64,000 nucleotides of DNA from an uncultured Sphingopyxis sp. (GTDB lineage Bacteria > Pseudomonadota > Alphaproteobacteria > Sphingomonadales > Sphingomonadaceae): the NCBI GenBank assembly GCA_964607625.1, contig CAZSMB010000001.1, positions 6,090 to 70,089 on the forward strand, read 5' to 3'. Under the pieces are notes generated by a model. That model had not been told where the DNA came from and did no database searches. It worked only from the letters and a program-made list of their open reading frames with translations. A program made the position numbers and the translations under genes. Every line of letters begins with the position of its first letter. Positions within the stretch are counted from its first letter, which is position 1. Positions 39,112 to 47,488 of the stretch are shown in pieces.

Positions 39112-40236
39112 TCAGTCAAGCAGTCCGCGCTGCGCGAGATTGCGCATCAGGGCGCCGATCCCCCGCGTCCACGGCGGGGCGCCGGCGCTGGTGCATACGG
39201 TGTTGGTCAGCGTTCCGAGGCGCGGGTTCGCGATGCTCACCACATCGCCGACCTTGTGGGTAAAGCCGCGCCCGGGTTCGTCGCGATCCTGCGTCGGGGC
39301 AAAAAGCGTGCCCAGGAATAGCACGAAGCCGTCGGGATAATGATGCTCGCTCATCGCCTGGCGCAGCAATTCCTCGGGATCGCGGCTGATCTGGTCCATC
39401 GAGCTGCTGCCTTCGAGGCGATAGCCTTCGGGTCCGTCGATGGTCAGCTCGACCACGGCACGCCGGATGTCTTCCATCCCGAAGCCGTCGTCGAACAGGC
39501 GAATGAACGGGCCGAGCGAACAGGAGGCATTATTGTCCTTCGCCTTGCCGAGCAGCAGCGCCGACCGCCCCTCGAAATCGCGCAAGTTCACGTCATTTCC
39601 AAGCGTGGCGCCGACGGCGCGGCCGTCGGGTGCGGCGACCAGGACAATCTCGGGTTCGGGGTTGTTCCAGCTCGAATCCGACCGCACGCCGATGTCGCCC
39701 CCCCCGCCCACGGTCGAGAGCACGGGCGATTTGGTGAAGATTTCGGCATCGGGGCCGATCGCGACCTCCAGATATTGCGACCACAGCCCCTCGCCGATCA
39801 GCGCATCCTTCAGCGCCGCGGCGGCATCGGTTCCGGGGACGACCGACCGGATGCTGGCGCCGACGCGTGCCTCGAGCGCGGCGCGGATGGCGCCCGCGGC
39901 CGATGCGTCGCCGCGTGCCCGCTCCTCGATCACCCGCTCGACCGCCGACAGCGCGAAGGTGACGCCGGCGGCCTTCACGCATTGCAGGTCGATCGGCGAC
40001 AGCAATTCCAGCGAAGCGCCGATGTCTTCGAGCGGACCGAGCACGCGGCCCGATCCGGCGGCGAAGGCGCGCGCCTCGATCAACGCCGCGACGGTGGGCG
40101 CCACGGCGCTCATGTCATGGACGATGCCGCGGTCCACCAGGATCGGGCTCGGGCCGTCGGCGGTTTCGATGCGGCCGAGCAGCCTGGCCTCTCGCCAGTC
40201 GTCGCAGAGCCAGTCGAGCGAGAAGGAAAGCGTCAT
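39112..40236 (-). CDS. FAH-family protein, XylX/KdaD-like 2-keto-3-deoxy-pentonate dehydratase
   Basis: KAAGVTF, WSQYLEVAIGPDAEIFTK, WNNPEPE, GNDVNLRDFEGRSALLL and GRGFTHK. Confidence 0.78.
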   Translation of the reverse strand: MTLSFSLDWLCDDWREARLLGRIETADGPSPILVDRGIVHDMSAVAPTVAALIEARAFAAGSGRVLGPLEDIGASLELLSPIDLQCVKAAGVTFALSAVERVIEERARGDASAAGAIRAALEARVGASIRSVVPGTDAAAALKDALIGEGLWSQYLEVAIGPDAEIFTKSPVLSTVGGGGDIGVRSDSSWNNPEPEIVLVAAPDGRAVGATLGNDVNLRDFEGRSALLLGKAKDNNASCSLGPFIRLFDDGFGMEDIRRAVVELTIDGPEGYRLEGSSSMDQISRDPEELLRQAMSEHHYPDGFVLFLGTLFAPTQDRDEPGRGFTHKVGDVVSIANPRLGTLTNTVCTSAGAPPWTRGIGALMRNLAQRGLLD

Positions 40237-41054
40237 CGGGATGGGTCCTTGGTTTCGGCGCGAAGCACGCGCCGGTTGGTGTCGAGGTGAAGGGTCAGGT
40301 CGGCGCGGCCCGGCATTTCGGCCAGGATATGCCGCGTCAGCCGCTCGTAATGCTGAATGAACCGGGCGATCGCGGCCGCGTCCATCAGCCGCGCGCCGCC
40401 CGGATCGCGGGCCCGCAGCCCGTCTTCCTGTTCGGCCCGCCAGCGGTGGACAATGTCGAAGCCGGGGGCCGCGAGAAGGATCAGGCGGTCGATCCGGTCG
40501 AACAGCGCGCGATAGGGGCCGGCGAGCATCGCGTTGACGCGCCGCCGCCAGATACCCTCCGGGTCCCGTTCGGTCTCGAGCGCGTTGACGGGCGCGGCGA
40601 GCTGTTCGACATCCTGCGGGCGCGCACCGACGCACCAGCCTTCGAACAAGACGATGTCGAACGGGGCCTCGACCGTCACGGGCGCGACGCGGTCGTCGAT
40701 CGCCTTGTCGAACCGCGGCATCTCGACCGGCCCGTGCCGTGCGAGCCGGTCGAGCAACGTCAGGCCGAGCGCGGCATCGTGCGTGCCGGGAACCCCGCGC
40801 ACCGCCAGAAGCGGGTGCACCGACCGGCCCAGCGCGGCGCGCGCGGCGGCGGACCGATAGAGGTCGTCGAGCGAGAGGATGGTCGTACGATGGCCGGCGC
40901 GTTCGAGCCGCGCGACCAGATCGCCGGCCAGCGTCGATTTGCCGCTGCCCTGTGCGCCGCAAAGGCCGACGACCAGCGGGCGCGGCCCGCGGTGCGCGGC
41001 GATCCAGTCCGCGATGGCCGCGCCGGCGATGTCGACCGCCCCGTCAGGCGACAC
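40233..41054 (-). CDS. P-loop kinase, GLYK-type D-glycerate 3-kinase-like
   Basis: GAQGSGKST, SLDDLY, RGVPGTHD, PRFDKAIDDR and FEGWCVG; GTG start is inferred. Confidence 0.75.
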   Translation of the reverse strand: MSPDGAVDIAGAAIADWIAAHRGPRPLVVGLCGAQGSGKSTLAGDLVARLERAGHRTTILSLDDLYRSAAARAALGRSVHPLLAVRGVPGTHDAALGLTLLDRLARHGPVEMPRFDKAIDDRVAPVTVEAPFDIVLFEGWCVGARPQDVEQLAAPVNALETERDPEGIWRRRVNAMLAGPYRALFDRIDRLILLAAPGFDIVHRWRAEQEDGLRARDPGGARLMDAAAIARFIQHYERLTRHILAEMPGRADLTLHLDTNRRVLRAETKDPSR

Positions 41055-42003
41055 GATCGGGCAATTCGTTGCCGGCGAACCAGGCTGCCAGATTGGCGGC
41101 GGCGCGCATGCCCATCGCGGTGCGCGCCTCGATCGTCGCGCTGCCCAGATGGGGCAACAGCACCACATTTTCGCAGGCGAGCAGTTGCGGATCGACGGCG
41201 GGCTCGCGCTCATAGACGTCGAGGCCCGCCGCCGCGATCGTCCGTGCGGCCAGCGCGTCCGCCAGGGCCCCCTCGTCGATCGCGCTGCCCCGCGCCGTAT
41301 TGACGATGACCGCACCGGGTTTGAGCCGTGCCAGCAGCGGCGCGTCGATCATGTGCCGCGTTTCGGGGCCGCCGGGCACGTGGAGCGACAGGATGTCGGC
41401 ATCGCGGGCCAGCGATTCGAGCGTCGGATGAAAGATCGCATCGCCAGCATCCGCCGCTTGCCGGCGGCTGAAATAGGCGATCTTCATACCGAACCCCGCG
41501 CGGGCGCGTTCGGCGGTCGCGCGGGCGATGCGGCCGAAGCCGACGAGCCCCAGCGTCTTGCCGGACACCCCCTGCCCGATCAGGTGGGTGGGACGCCAGC
41601 CGGTCCAGGTCCCCGCGCGCAGTTCGCGCTCGCCTTCGCCGGCGCGGCGTGTCGCCATCAGCATCAGCAATATCGCAAGATCGGCGGTCGCCTCGGTCAA
41701 CACGTCGGGGGTGTTCGTCACGGCTATGCCCGCGCGCCGCGCCGCGGCGAGGTCGATATGCTCGAATCCCGCGCCGAAATTGGCGAGGATCTTGACCGTC
41801 GCACCGGGCGTCGCCAGCAGGTCGGCATCGAAGCGGTCGGTTATCGTCGGGCAAATGGCGTCGAACCGCGTCATCGCCGCGCGCAGCGCCGCATCGTCCA
41901 GCGGCACGTCCCCGGCGTTGAGCTCGACGTCGTAATGCGCGCGAAAATGGCTTTCGACCGCTTCGGGCAATTTGCGGGTGACGAGAAGGCGGCGCTTGCT
42001 CAT
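41044..42003 (-). CDS. D-2-hydroxyacid dehydrogenase (glyoxylate/hydroxypyruvate reductase)
   Basis: NTPDVLTEATAD, GFGRI, NTARG, GLDVYEREP and PHLGSAT. Confidence 0.88.
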   Translation of the reverse strand: MSKRRLLVTRKLPEAVESHFRAHYDVELNAGDVPLDDAALRAAMTRFDAICPTITDRFDADLLATPGATVKILANFGAGFEHIDLAAARRAGIAVTNTPDVLTEATADLAILLMLMATRRAGEGERELRAGTWTGWRPTHLIGQGVSGKTLGLVGFGRIARATAERARAGFGMKIAYFSRRQAADAGDAIFHPTLESLARDADILSLHVPGGPETRHMIDAPLLARLKPGAVIVNTARGSAIDEGALADALAARTIAAAGLDVYEREPAVDPQLLACENVVLLPHLGSATIEARTAMGMRAAANLAAWFAGNELPDRVA

Positions 42004-43640
42004 CAGGTCAACTGCACCGTATCGACCGCCTTCACCGTGCCGCCGTTCCGCGCAATCACGGCGTCGCCGGGCGCGTGGAGCGAACGCAGCCCCGACACGA
42101 AGCCACTGCTTTGGGTGTCGAACAGGATCGCCGGCCGGGCGTCGGGCGTTTCGGTGACGAAGCTGCAATCCACCGCTGCGACCCGCTGCGCACGCCGGAC
42201 ATACAGGCCGTGCGCGGGCAGCGTCTTCATGAAGCTCGGCTCCAGGCTGCTCGTGCGGCGCTCGGGCGGTTCCAGCGCCGCGTCGGCGGCCGTCCCGCCG
42301 CCCGCGCTCGATACATGGACGTCGGAGAAGGTGACGTCGCGGATGATCCCGCCCTCGATCCCCACGACCCCGCAGGCATAGCGGCCGTTGGCGCCCGACA
42401 CGTTGATGTTGTCGAAGCGTACGCGCTGCACCGTTGCGACGCCGGCGTCGCGCGGCGCGCGGTTGCGCATGGACAAGCGGACGAAGATCGGGTGGTTGAC
42501 GATGTTGCGCATCGTGATGTCGCTGAACGTCACGTCCTCCAGCGTCCCGCCGTCGATCGCGCCCAATTGAAGACCGCGCGAATTTTCGCACGTGCACCCC
42601 GTCACCAATATGTTGCGGAAGCCGCCGACCGAGTCGGTTCCCAGCTTGATCCGCCCCAGCACCCCGACGTCGTCGGGCGCCCGATAGTCGGACAGCCGAT
42701 AGGTGCCGTCGAGCATCGTGCCGAGCGCATAGCCGCTCGTCTTGCAGCCGATAATCGTGACGTCTTCGCACATCACCTTGCGTTCGAGGGCATAGCTGCT
42801 CTTCAGGACGATCGCGTCGTCCTTGTGCGCGTTGACCGCGCAGTTGCTGATCCTGACGTCGCGGCAGCAGTCGATGTCGATTCCGTCGCGGTCGGTGTCG
42901 ACGCGCAGATTGTCGATCGTCATGCCCGAACATCCGAGCGCATACATGCAGAAGTGGCCGCCCTGCAGGATGGTGATATCGCGCAACAGGATGTTTCGGC
43001 AATTTTTGAAGGCCAGCGCCTTGTTGCCCTTGCCTTCCTCGGCCAGTTCGGCGGGATCGCTCAGCCGCGCCTCATGCGGGTCCATTCCGCGCTCGCGCGG
43101 CGATATCCAGCCCTTGACGCCGTGCCACTTCGGTCCCGGACCCTCGCGGCGCAGCCCCAGCCCGTGAATCATGCCGGGACCTAGCACGGCGACGTCGCTG
43201 ACGCCGTCGCCATAGATCAGGCTGTTGTGATAATGCGCCAGGCCGTAGTCGACATATTGTTCTTCATAGACACCCTCCGGCAGGTCGTAGCGGCCCGGAT
43301 GTTTCGTGGGGTCGGCGGCTTCGAGGACGGCCCCCTGGGCGAGCACCAGCGTGATGTGGTCCCGGAGTCGGATGGAGAAGGACAGATAGCGGCCGGGGGG
43401 GACGACGACGGTGCCGCCGCCCGCACGCGAGGCGGCGACGATCGCCTTGTTGATCGCGTCCGAATCGACCGTGCGTCCATCGCCCTTGGCCCCGTAATCG
43501 CGGACGTCGTGAAACCCGGAGAGCGATCCGGTGGCGCGGACGATCGACGGGCTCATGGCGGCGGCGGTGCCGATGCCCAGCAGCGCGGCGCGCCGGCTGA
43601 CGTCGGCGCGGTCCAGCATGGAATGCGAAACTCCGGTCAT
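42003..43640 (-). CDS. Tat-exported GH28 (exo-rhamnogalacturonan/galacturonosidase type), paralogue 1
   Basis: Tat motif SRRAALL; YGAKGDG, DRDGIDIDCC, KDDAIVLKS and GRIKLGT. Confidence 0.85.
   Translation of the reverse strand: MTGVSHSMLDRADVSRRAALLGIGTAAAMSPSIVRATGSLSGFHDVRDYGAKGDGRTVDSDAINKAIVAASRAGGGTVVVPPGRYLSFSIRLRDHITLVLAQGAVLEAADPTKHPGRYDLPEGVYEEQYVDYGLAHYHNSLIYGDGVSDVAVLGPGMIHGLGLRREGPGPKWHGVKGWISPRERGMDPHEARLSDPAELAEEGKGNKALAFKNCRNILLRDITILQGGHFCMYALGCSGMTIDNLRVDTDRDGIDIDCCRDVRISNCAVNAHKDDAIVLKSSYALERKVMCEDVTIIGCKTSGYALGTMLDGTYRLSDYRAPDDVGVLGRIKLGTDSVGGFRNILVTGCTCENSRGLQLGAIDGGTLEDVTFSDITMRNIVNHPIFVRLSMRNRAPRDAGVATVQRVRFDNINVSGANGRYACGVVGIEGGIIRDVTFSDVHVSSAGGGTAADAALEPPERRTSSLEPSFMKTLPAHGLYVRRAQRVAAVDCSFVTETPDARPAILFDTQSSGFVSGLRSLHAPGDAVIARNGGTVKAVDTVQLT
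43359..43640. repeat. 282-bp perfect direct repeat, copy 1
   Basis: Base-for-base identical to 45034-45315 on manual comparison. Confidence 0.92.
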
Positions 43641-43677
43641 AAATTGTCCTTTTCGGGAATGGGGAACGGGCGAGGGA

Positions 43678-45315
43678 TCAGCCGAGGGTCCGCACGTCGC
43701 CCAGCGCGATATCGCTGCTTGCGTGCTGCACGACGGCGTTGTCGCGCGGCTGCGCAGAGGTCACGCCGTCGATCGTCGCGCCCTGCACGTCGTCGAGCCG
43801 GAAGAGCGGCCGCGCGTCGGGCGTGTCGACGATGAACCCGACGTTGCGGACGGTCAGCCGCCTGGCATGCCGGGCATAGAGGCCCTGGGCCGGCAGGGTG
43901 CCGAGATAGCTGACCTCAAGGCTCGACGTCGGGCGTTCCTCGGGGGTGCGGGCGGCATCCGCAGCCGTGCCTCCTCCGGCGCTCTGCACAAGGATGTTCG
44001 AAAAGCTGATGTCTTCCACAGGATAGCATGCCTGCCCCGTCAGCCCGCACGGAAAGCGGGGGTTCGCGCCGGAGACGTTGATATTGTCGAAGCGAATACG
44101 GCGGCATTTGCCGATCGCGGTGCCCCTGGGTGCGCGCAGGCGACCCGATTGATGGACGAAGAGCGGATGGTTGACCGGATCGCGCATCACGATGTCCGAT
44201 ACGATCACGTCTTCCATCGTGCCGCCGTCGACCACCCCGATCAAAAGGCCACGGCTTGCTTCGCACGTGCAGCCCGAAATCAGGATGTTGCGAAATCCGC
44301 CGTTGGTTTCGGTTCCCATCTTGATCCGGCCGAGCGGACCGATCTTGTCGGGGGCCATGTAATCCGACTTGCGATAGCTGCCGTCGAGCAGGCTGCCCAT
44401 CAGGTAGCCGCTGGTCTTGCAACCGGTGATCGCAATATCCTCGCACAGCGTCTTGCGTCCCAGCGCATAGCTGCTCTTGAGGACTATCGCGTCGTCCTTT
44501 GGCGCGTTGACGATGCAGTCGGACACGCGCACGTCGCGGCAGCAATCGATGTCGATGCCGTCGCGGTCCGTATCGATCGTCAAGGCGTCGATCGTCATGT
44601 TGGTCACGCCATGCGCGATGACGCTGAAGTGGCCCGCCTGCAGAATGGTGAAGTCGCGCAGCAAGATGTTCCGGCAGTTCATCAGCCCGATCGTCTTGTT
44701 CGCACGCCCGACCTGGGCGCGCTCCTTCGGATCGCGAAGCCGCAACTCGCGGGGAGAAAGGCCCAGGGCTTTCGCGGACTGCCATCCCTCGACGCCGTGC
44801 CAATGCGACCCCGGTCCTTCGCGATCGAGCCCCAGCCCGTGCAGCATGCCCCGGCCGACGATCGCCGCGTTGCGGACCCCGTCCCCATAGATCAGGCTGT
44901 TATGGACGTGCGTGATCCCGAAGTCCTGAAACTGTTCCTCCAGATAATTTTCGGGCGCATCATAGCTGCCGGGATGCGTATCCGGATCGGCCGCCTCGAT
45001 GATCGCGCCGGATGCAAGCGCGATGGTGACATCGTCCCGGAGTCGGATGGAGAAGGACAGATAGCGGCCGGGGGGGACGACGACGGTGCCGCCGCCCGCA
45101 CGCGAGGCGGCGACGATCGCCTTGTTGATCGCGTCCGAATCGACCGTGCGTCCATCGCCCTTGGCCCCGTAATCGCGGACGTCGTGAAACCCGGAGAGCG
45201 ATCCGGTGGCGCGGACGATCGACGGGCTCATGGCGGCGGCGGTGCCGATGCCCAGCAGCGCGGCGCGCCGGCTGACGTCGGCGCGGTCCAGCATGGAATG
45301 CGAAACTCCGGTCAT
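43678..45315 (-). CDS. Tat-exported GH28, paralogue 2
   Basis: Same motifs as paralogue 1 (DRDGIDIDCC, KDDAIVLKS, GRIKMGT); also 1638 nt long. Confidence 0.85.
   Translation of the reverse strand: MTGVSHSMLDRADVSRRAALLGIGTAAAMSPSIVRATGSLSGFHDVRDYGAKGDGRTVDSDAINKAIVAASRAGGGTVVVPPGRYLSFSIRLRDDVTIALASGAIIEAADPDTHPGSYDAPENYLEEQFQDFGITHVHNSLIYGDGVRNAAIVGRGMLHGLGLDREGPGSHWHGVEGWQSAKALGLSPRELRLRDPKERAQVGRANKTIGLMNCRNILLRDFTILQAGHFSVIAHGVTNMTIDALTIDTDRDGIDIDCCRDVRVSDCIVNAPKDDAIVLKSSYALGRKTLCEDIAITGCKTSGYLMGSLLDGSYRKSDYMAPDKIGPLGRIKMGTETNGGFRNILISGCTCEASRGLLIGVVDGGTMEDVIVSDIVMRDPVNHPLFVHQSGRLRAPRGTAIGKCRRIRFDNINVSGANPRFPCGLTGQACYPVEDISFSNILVQSAGGGTAADAARTPEERPTSSLEVSYLGTLPAQGLYARHARRLTVRNVGFIVDTPDARPLFRLDDVQGATIDGVTSAQPRDNAVVQHASSDIALGDVRTLG
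45034..45315. repeat. 282-bp perfect direct repeat, copy 2
   Basis: Identical to 43359-43640, at an offset of 1675 bp. Confidence 0.92.
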
Positions 45316-47396
45316 TGGCCGCTCCGCTTTCCGGCATAGGGATTGGCGCGCGCGCGGACATCGCCATAGGCGACGTCTCCGGCAGAGGGTTCGATTCCGG
45401 CATTGGCCATCACCGCTGTTGCATCGGCCGGCCAGTCGTCGCCGGTGACCGGGTGGTCGTCCTCGATCCGGTTGTCGAGATACGCCGTCCACCAGCCGCC
45501 GACCTCTCCGCCGTTGTGCCAGTTGCCCGTCGCCAGATTGTCGGTCGATATCCGCAGCCACATCTTCACCGCCGGAGTCACGGCGTTGATGTTCAGCCAG
45601 GTTCCGGCATCGTCGACGACATTGTTCCGAACGGTGATGAATTTCGAGCCTTCGTCGAGGTAGAGCGCGATGCGGCGATTGAGGTCGAAAATATGGTTTT
45701 CCGCAATCAGCGTTCCGCGGCTGGCCGACAGGTTGTAGATCGCGCCGCCGTCCTCGAAATGCTTTTTGGTATCATAGATGCGATTATAGGCGACGACGAC
45801 GTTGCGATGCGTCGTCGGGGTTTCGTAGACCTTGTTCTGCGGCCAGTCGTAACCGTGCATGCGGGTGCGGTAGTTGGCGTTGCCCCCGGCATCGTGCATC
45901 CCCCAGCCATACCCGATGTCGATCGCGTCATAGGGGGTGTCGCTGATGTCGTTATGGACGATCTGCGCGCCGTCGACATAGGTCGAGAGGATCGCGCTGT
46001 TGTCGCTGTAATCCTTTGATACCGATTGGATCAGGTTGTTGACGATCGTGAGCTGGCGATTGGTCATCCGCGGATCGGACGGATGGTGCGCGTCGCGCCG
46101 GACGCCGCCGGCGACGATCGCGCCGCCGGCAAGGTCGGTGAAGACATTGCGTGAAACCACGACGTCGACGGCGCCCAGGCCGACGCCCGAGGCATTGGCG
46201 CTCGCGTCGTTGCCGATCCCGAGCGCATATTGGCCGAGGTGCGCAAAGACATTGCCGTCGAACCGTATCCCTTCGGCGGCCGAAACCTGGACCGCGGCGG
46301 GGGTCTGCGACCATTCGTTGCGCACGCTTTCGAACTCGGGGCAGCCCCATTTGCAGGTCAGCAGGGGATCGGCGGGGTATGCGGCCGCGCGGCCGGTAAG
46401 ATAGGAGCCGCTCTGCTGGCTGGCATAGCCTTCGGGTCCGTCGGGGCCGCGCCAGCTGGCATAGGAAAAGCGCAGCCCGCTGACCGTGACGTTGCGGACC
46501 GGCGCATCATAGGTGCCGGCGATGTGCATCAGGCTTTCGAGCCGCGGCAATTCGACGTCGAGCTTCGCGATGTCGGTGTCGGCCGGCGGGCGATAATAGA
46601 GCTTGCCCGCGCCGGCATCGAGCACCCACTGGTTGGGCCGTGTCAGGAAGGCAAGGTCGCCGCGCAGATAGAGCTTGCCCGCGTCCGGATTATAAGGGTG
46701 CGCGAGGGTGTCATAGCCCCAGATATTGTTCGCCCAGCCAGGCTGTTTCATCACCAGCATCCGGCCTTCGATCCGGTCGACCGGGGCGAAGCGCGTGGTG
46801 AAATGACCGAGCCCCATCAGTTCGAGGCCGCCGCCGCGGCCCAGGCGCGACAGGTCGCCCGCCGCCGGGTCGTTCACCTCCAGGCCTTCGTCGGTAAAGC
46901 GCACCTTGCCGCGATCGAGTTCGATCGCGGCGCGATCGGCCATCCGGCCGTCGACGAACAGGTGCCGGCTCGCGAGGCCGCGTGGAACGTCGGCGACGTA
47001 GATGTGGCGCGCCTTGTCGTGCAATTTCCATCCCGTCACCGCGATTCCGCCCGACAGCACCGGATGGGCGCCGGGCGCCGCGGTCCAGGTGACGGTCCAT
47101 TGCTTTTGGCCGCCGTCGGGGGCGGTCAGCGTAAGCGGCGCGTCGAGACGATAGGTCCCGCCGGCGATGCGGACGACGACGTCGCCGTTCCTGTTGGCAT
47201 CGCGAACCGCCGCCTGCGCGCGGGCCAGGGTGCGGAAGGGGTGGGCGGTGCTGCCATCGGCCGTGTCGTCGCCGGCCGGCGAAACCGCGAAGGTGACCGT
47301 CGGGCGCGTCAATCCCTCGGTCTGTCCGGCGGCCTGCGGCGCGGCGAGGGTGGCGCCCAGCACCGCAAGGCTTATCGGACCGATCTTGCCCGGCAT
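45312..47396 (-). CDS. Secreted right-handed beta-helix protein, GH141-like (paralogue 2)
   Basis: Signal peptide; shares GYAxQQSG, GCPEFE, PAAVQVSAA, DAHHPSDP, DGGAIYNLSA and LYLDEGS with 31847-33979. Confidence 0.7.
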   Translation of the reverse strand: MPGKIGPISLAVLGATLAAPQAAGQTEGLTRPTVTFAVSPAGDDTADGSTAHPFRTLARAQAAVRDANRNGDVVVRIAGGTYRLDAPLTLTAPDGGQKQWTVTWTAAPGAHPVLSGGIAVTGWKLHDKARHIYVADVPRGLASRHLFVDGRMADRAAIELDRGKVRFTDEGLEVNDPAAGDLSRLGRGGGLELMGLGHFTTRFAPVDRIEGRMLVMKQPGWANNIWGYDTLAHPYNPDAGKLYLRGDLAFLTRPNQWVLDAGAGKLYYRPPADTDIAKLDVELPRLESLMHIAGTYDAPVRNVTVSGLRFSYASWRGPDGPEGYASQQSGSYLTGRAAAYPADPLLTCKWGCPEFESVRNEWSQTPAAVQVSAAEGIRFDGNVFAHLGQYALGIGNDASANASGVGLGAVDVVVSRNVFTDLAGGAIVAGGVRRDAHHPSDPRMTNRQLTIVNNLIQSVSKDYSDNSAILSTYVDGAQIVHNDISDTPYDAIDIGYGWGMHDAGGNANYRTRMHGYDWPQNKVYETPTTHRNVVVAYNRIYDTKKHFEDGGAIYNLSASRGTLIAENHIFDLNRRIALYLDEGSKFITVRNNVVDDAGTWLNINAVTPAVKMWLRISTDNLATGNWHNGGEVGGWWTAYLDNRIEDDHPVTGDDWPADATAVMANAGIEPSAGDVAYGDVRARANPYAGKRSGQ

Positions 47397-47444
47397 ATCG
47401 CTTCTCCCCGATTTTGCGTTCGGCGACGTTATGCCTTGGCGTTT

Positions 47445-47477
47445 CTGAGATATCAATATATGATTCTTATATTTCAG
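47445..47477. promoter_or_regulatory. Motif B copies in a divergent promoter
   Basis: CTGAGATATCAA (47445-47456) and the weaker CTTATATTTCAG (47466-47477). Confidence 0.55.
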
Positions 47478-47488
47478 AAACGCGGGAG

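Noticed and set aside
43359-45315. 282-bp direct repeat read as mobile-element ends or a DGR template/variable pair
   Set aside because: No transposase, integrase or reverse transcriptase in the window, no adenine-specific mismatches, and both copies are in-frame gene starts.
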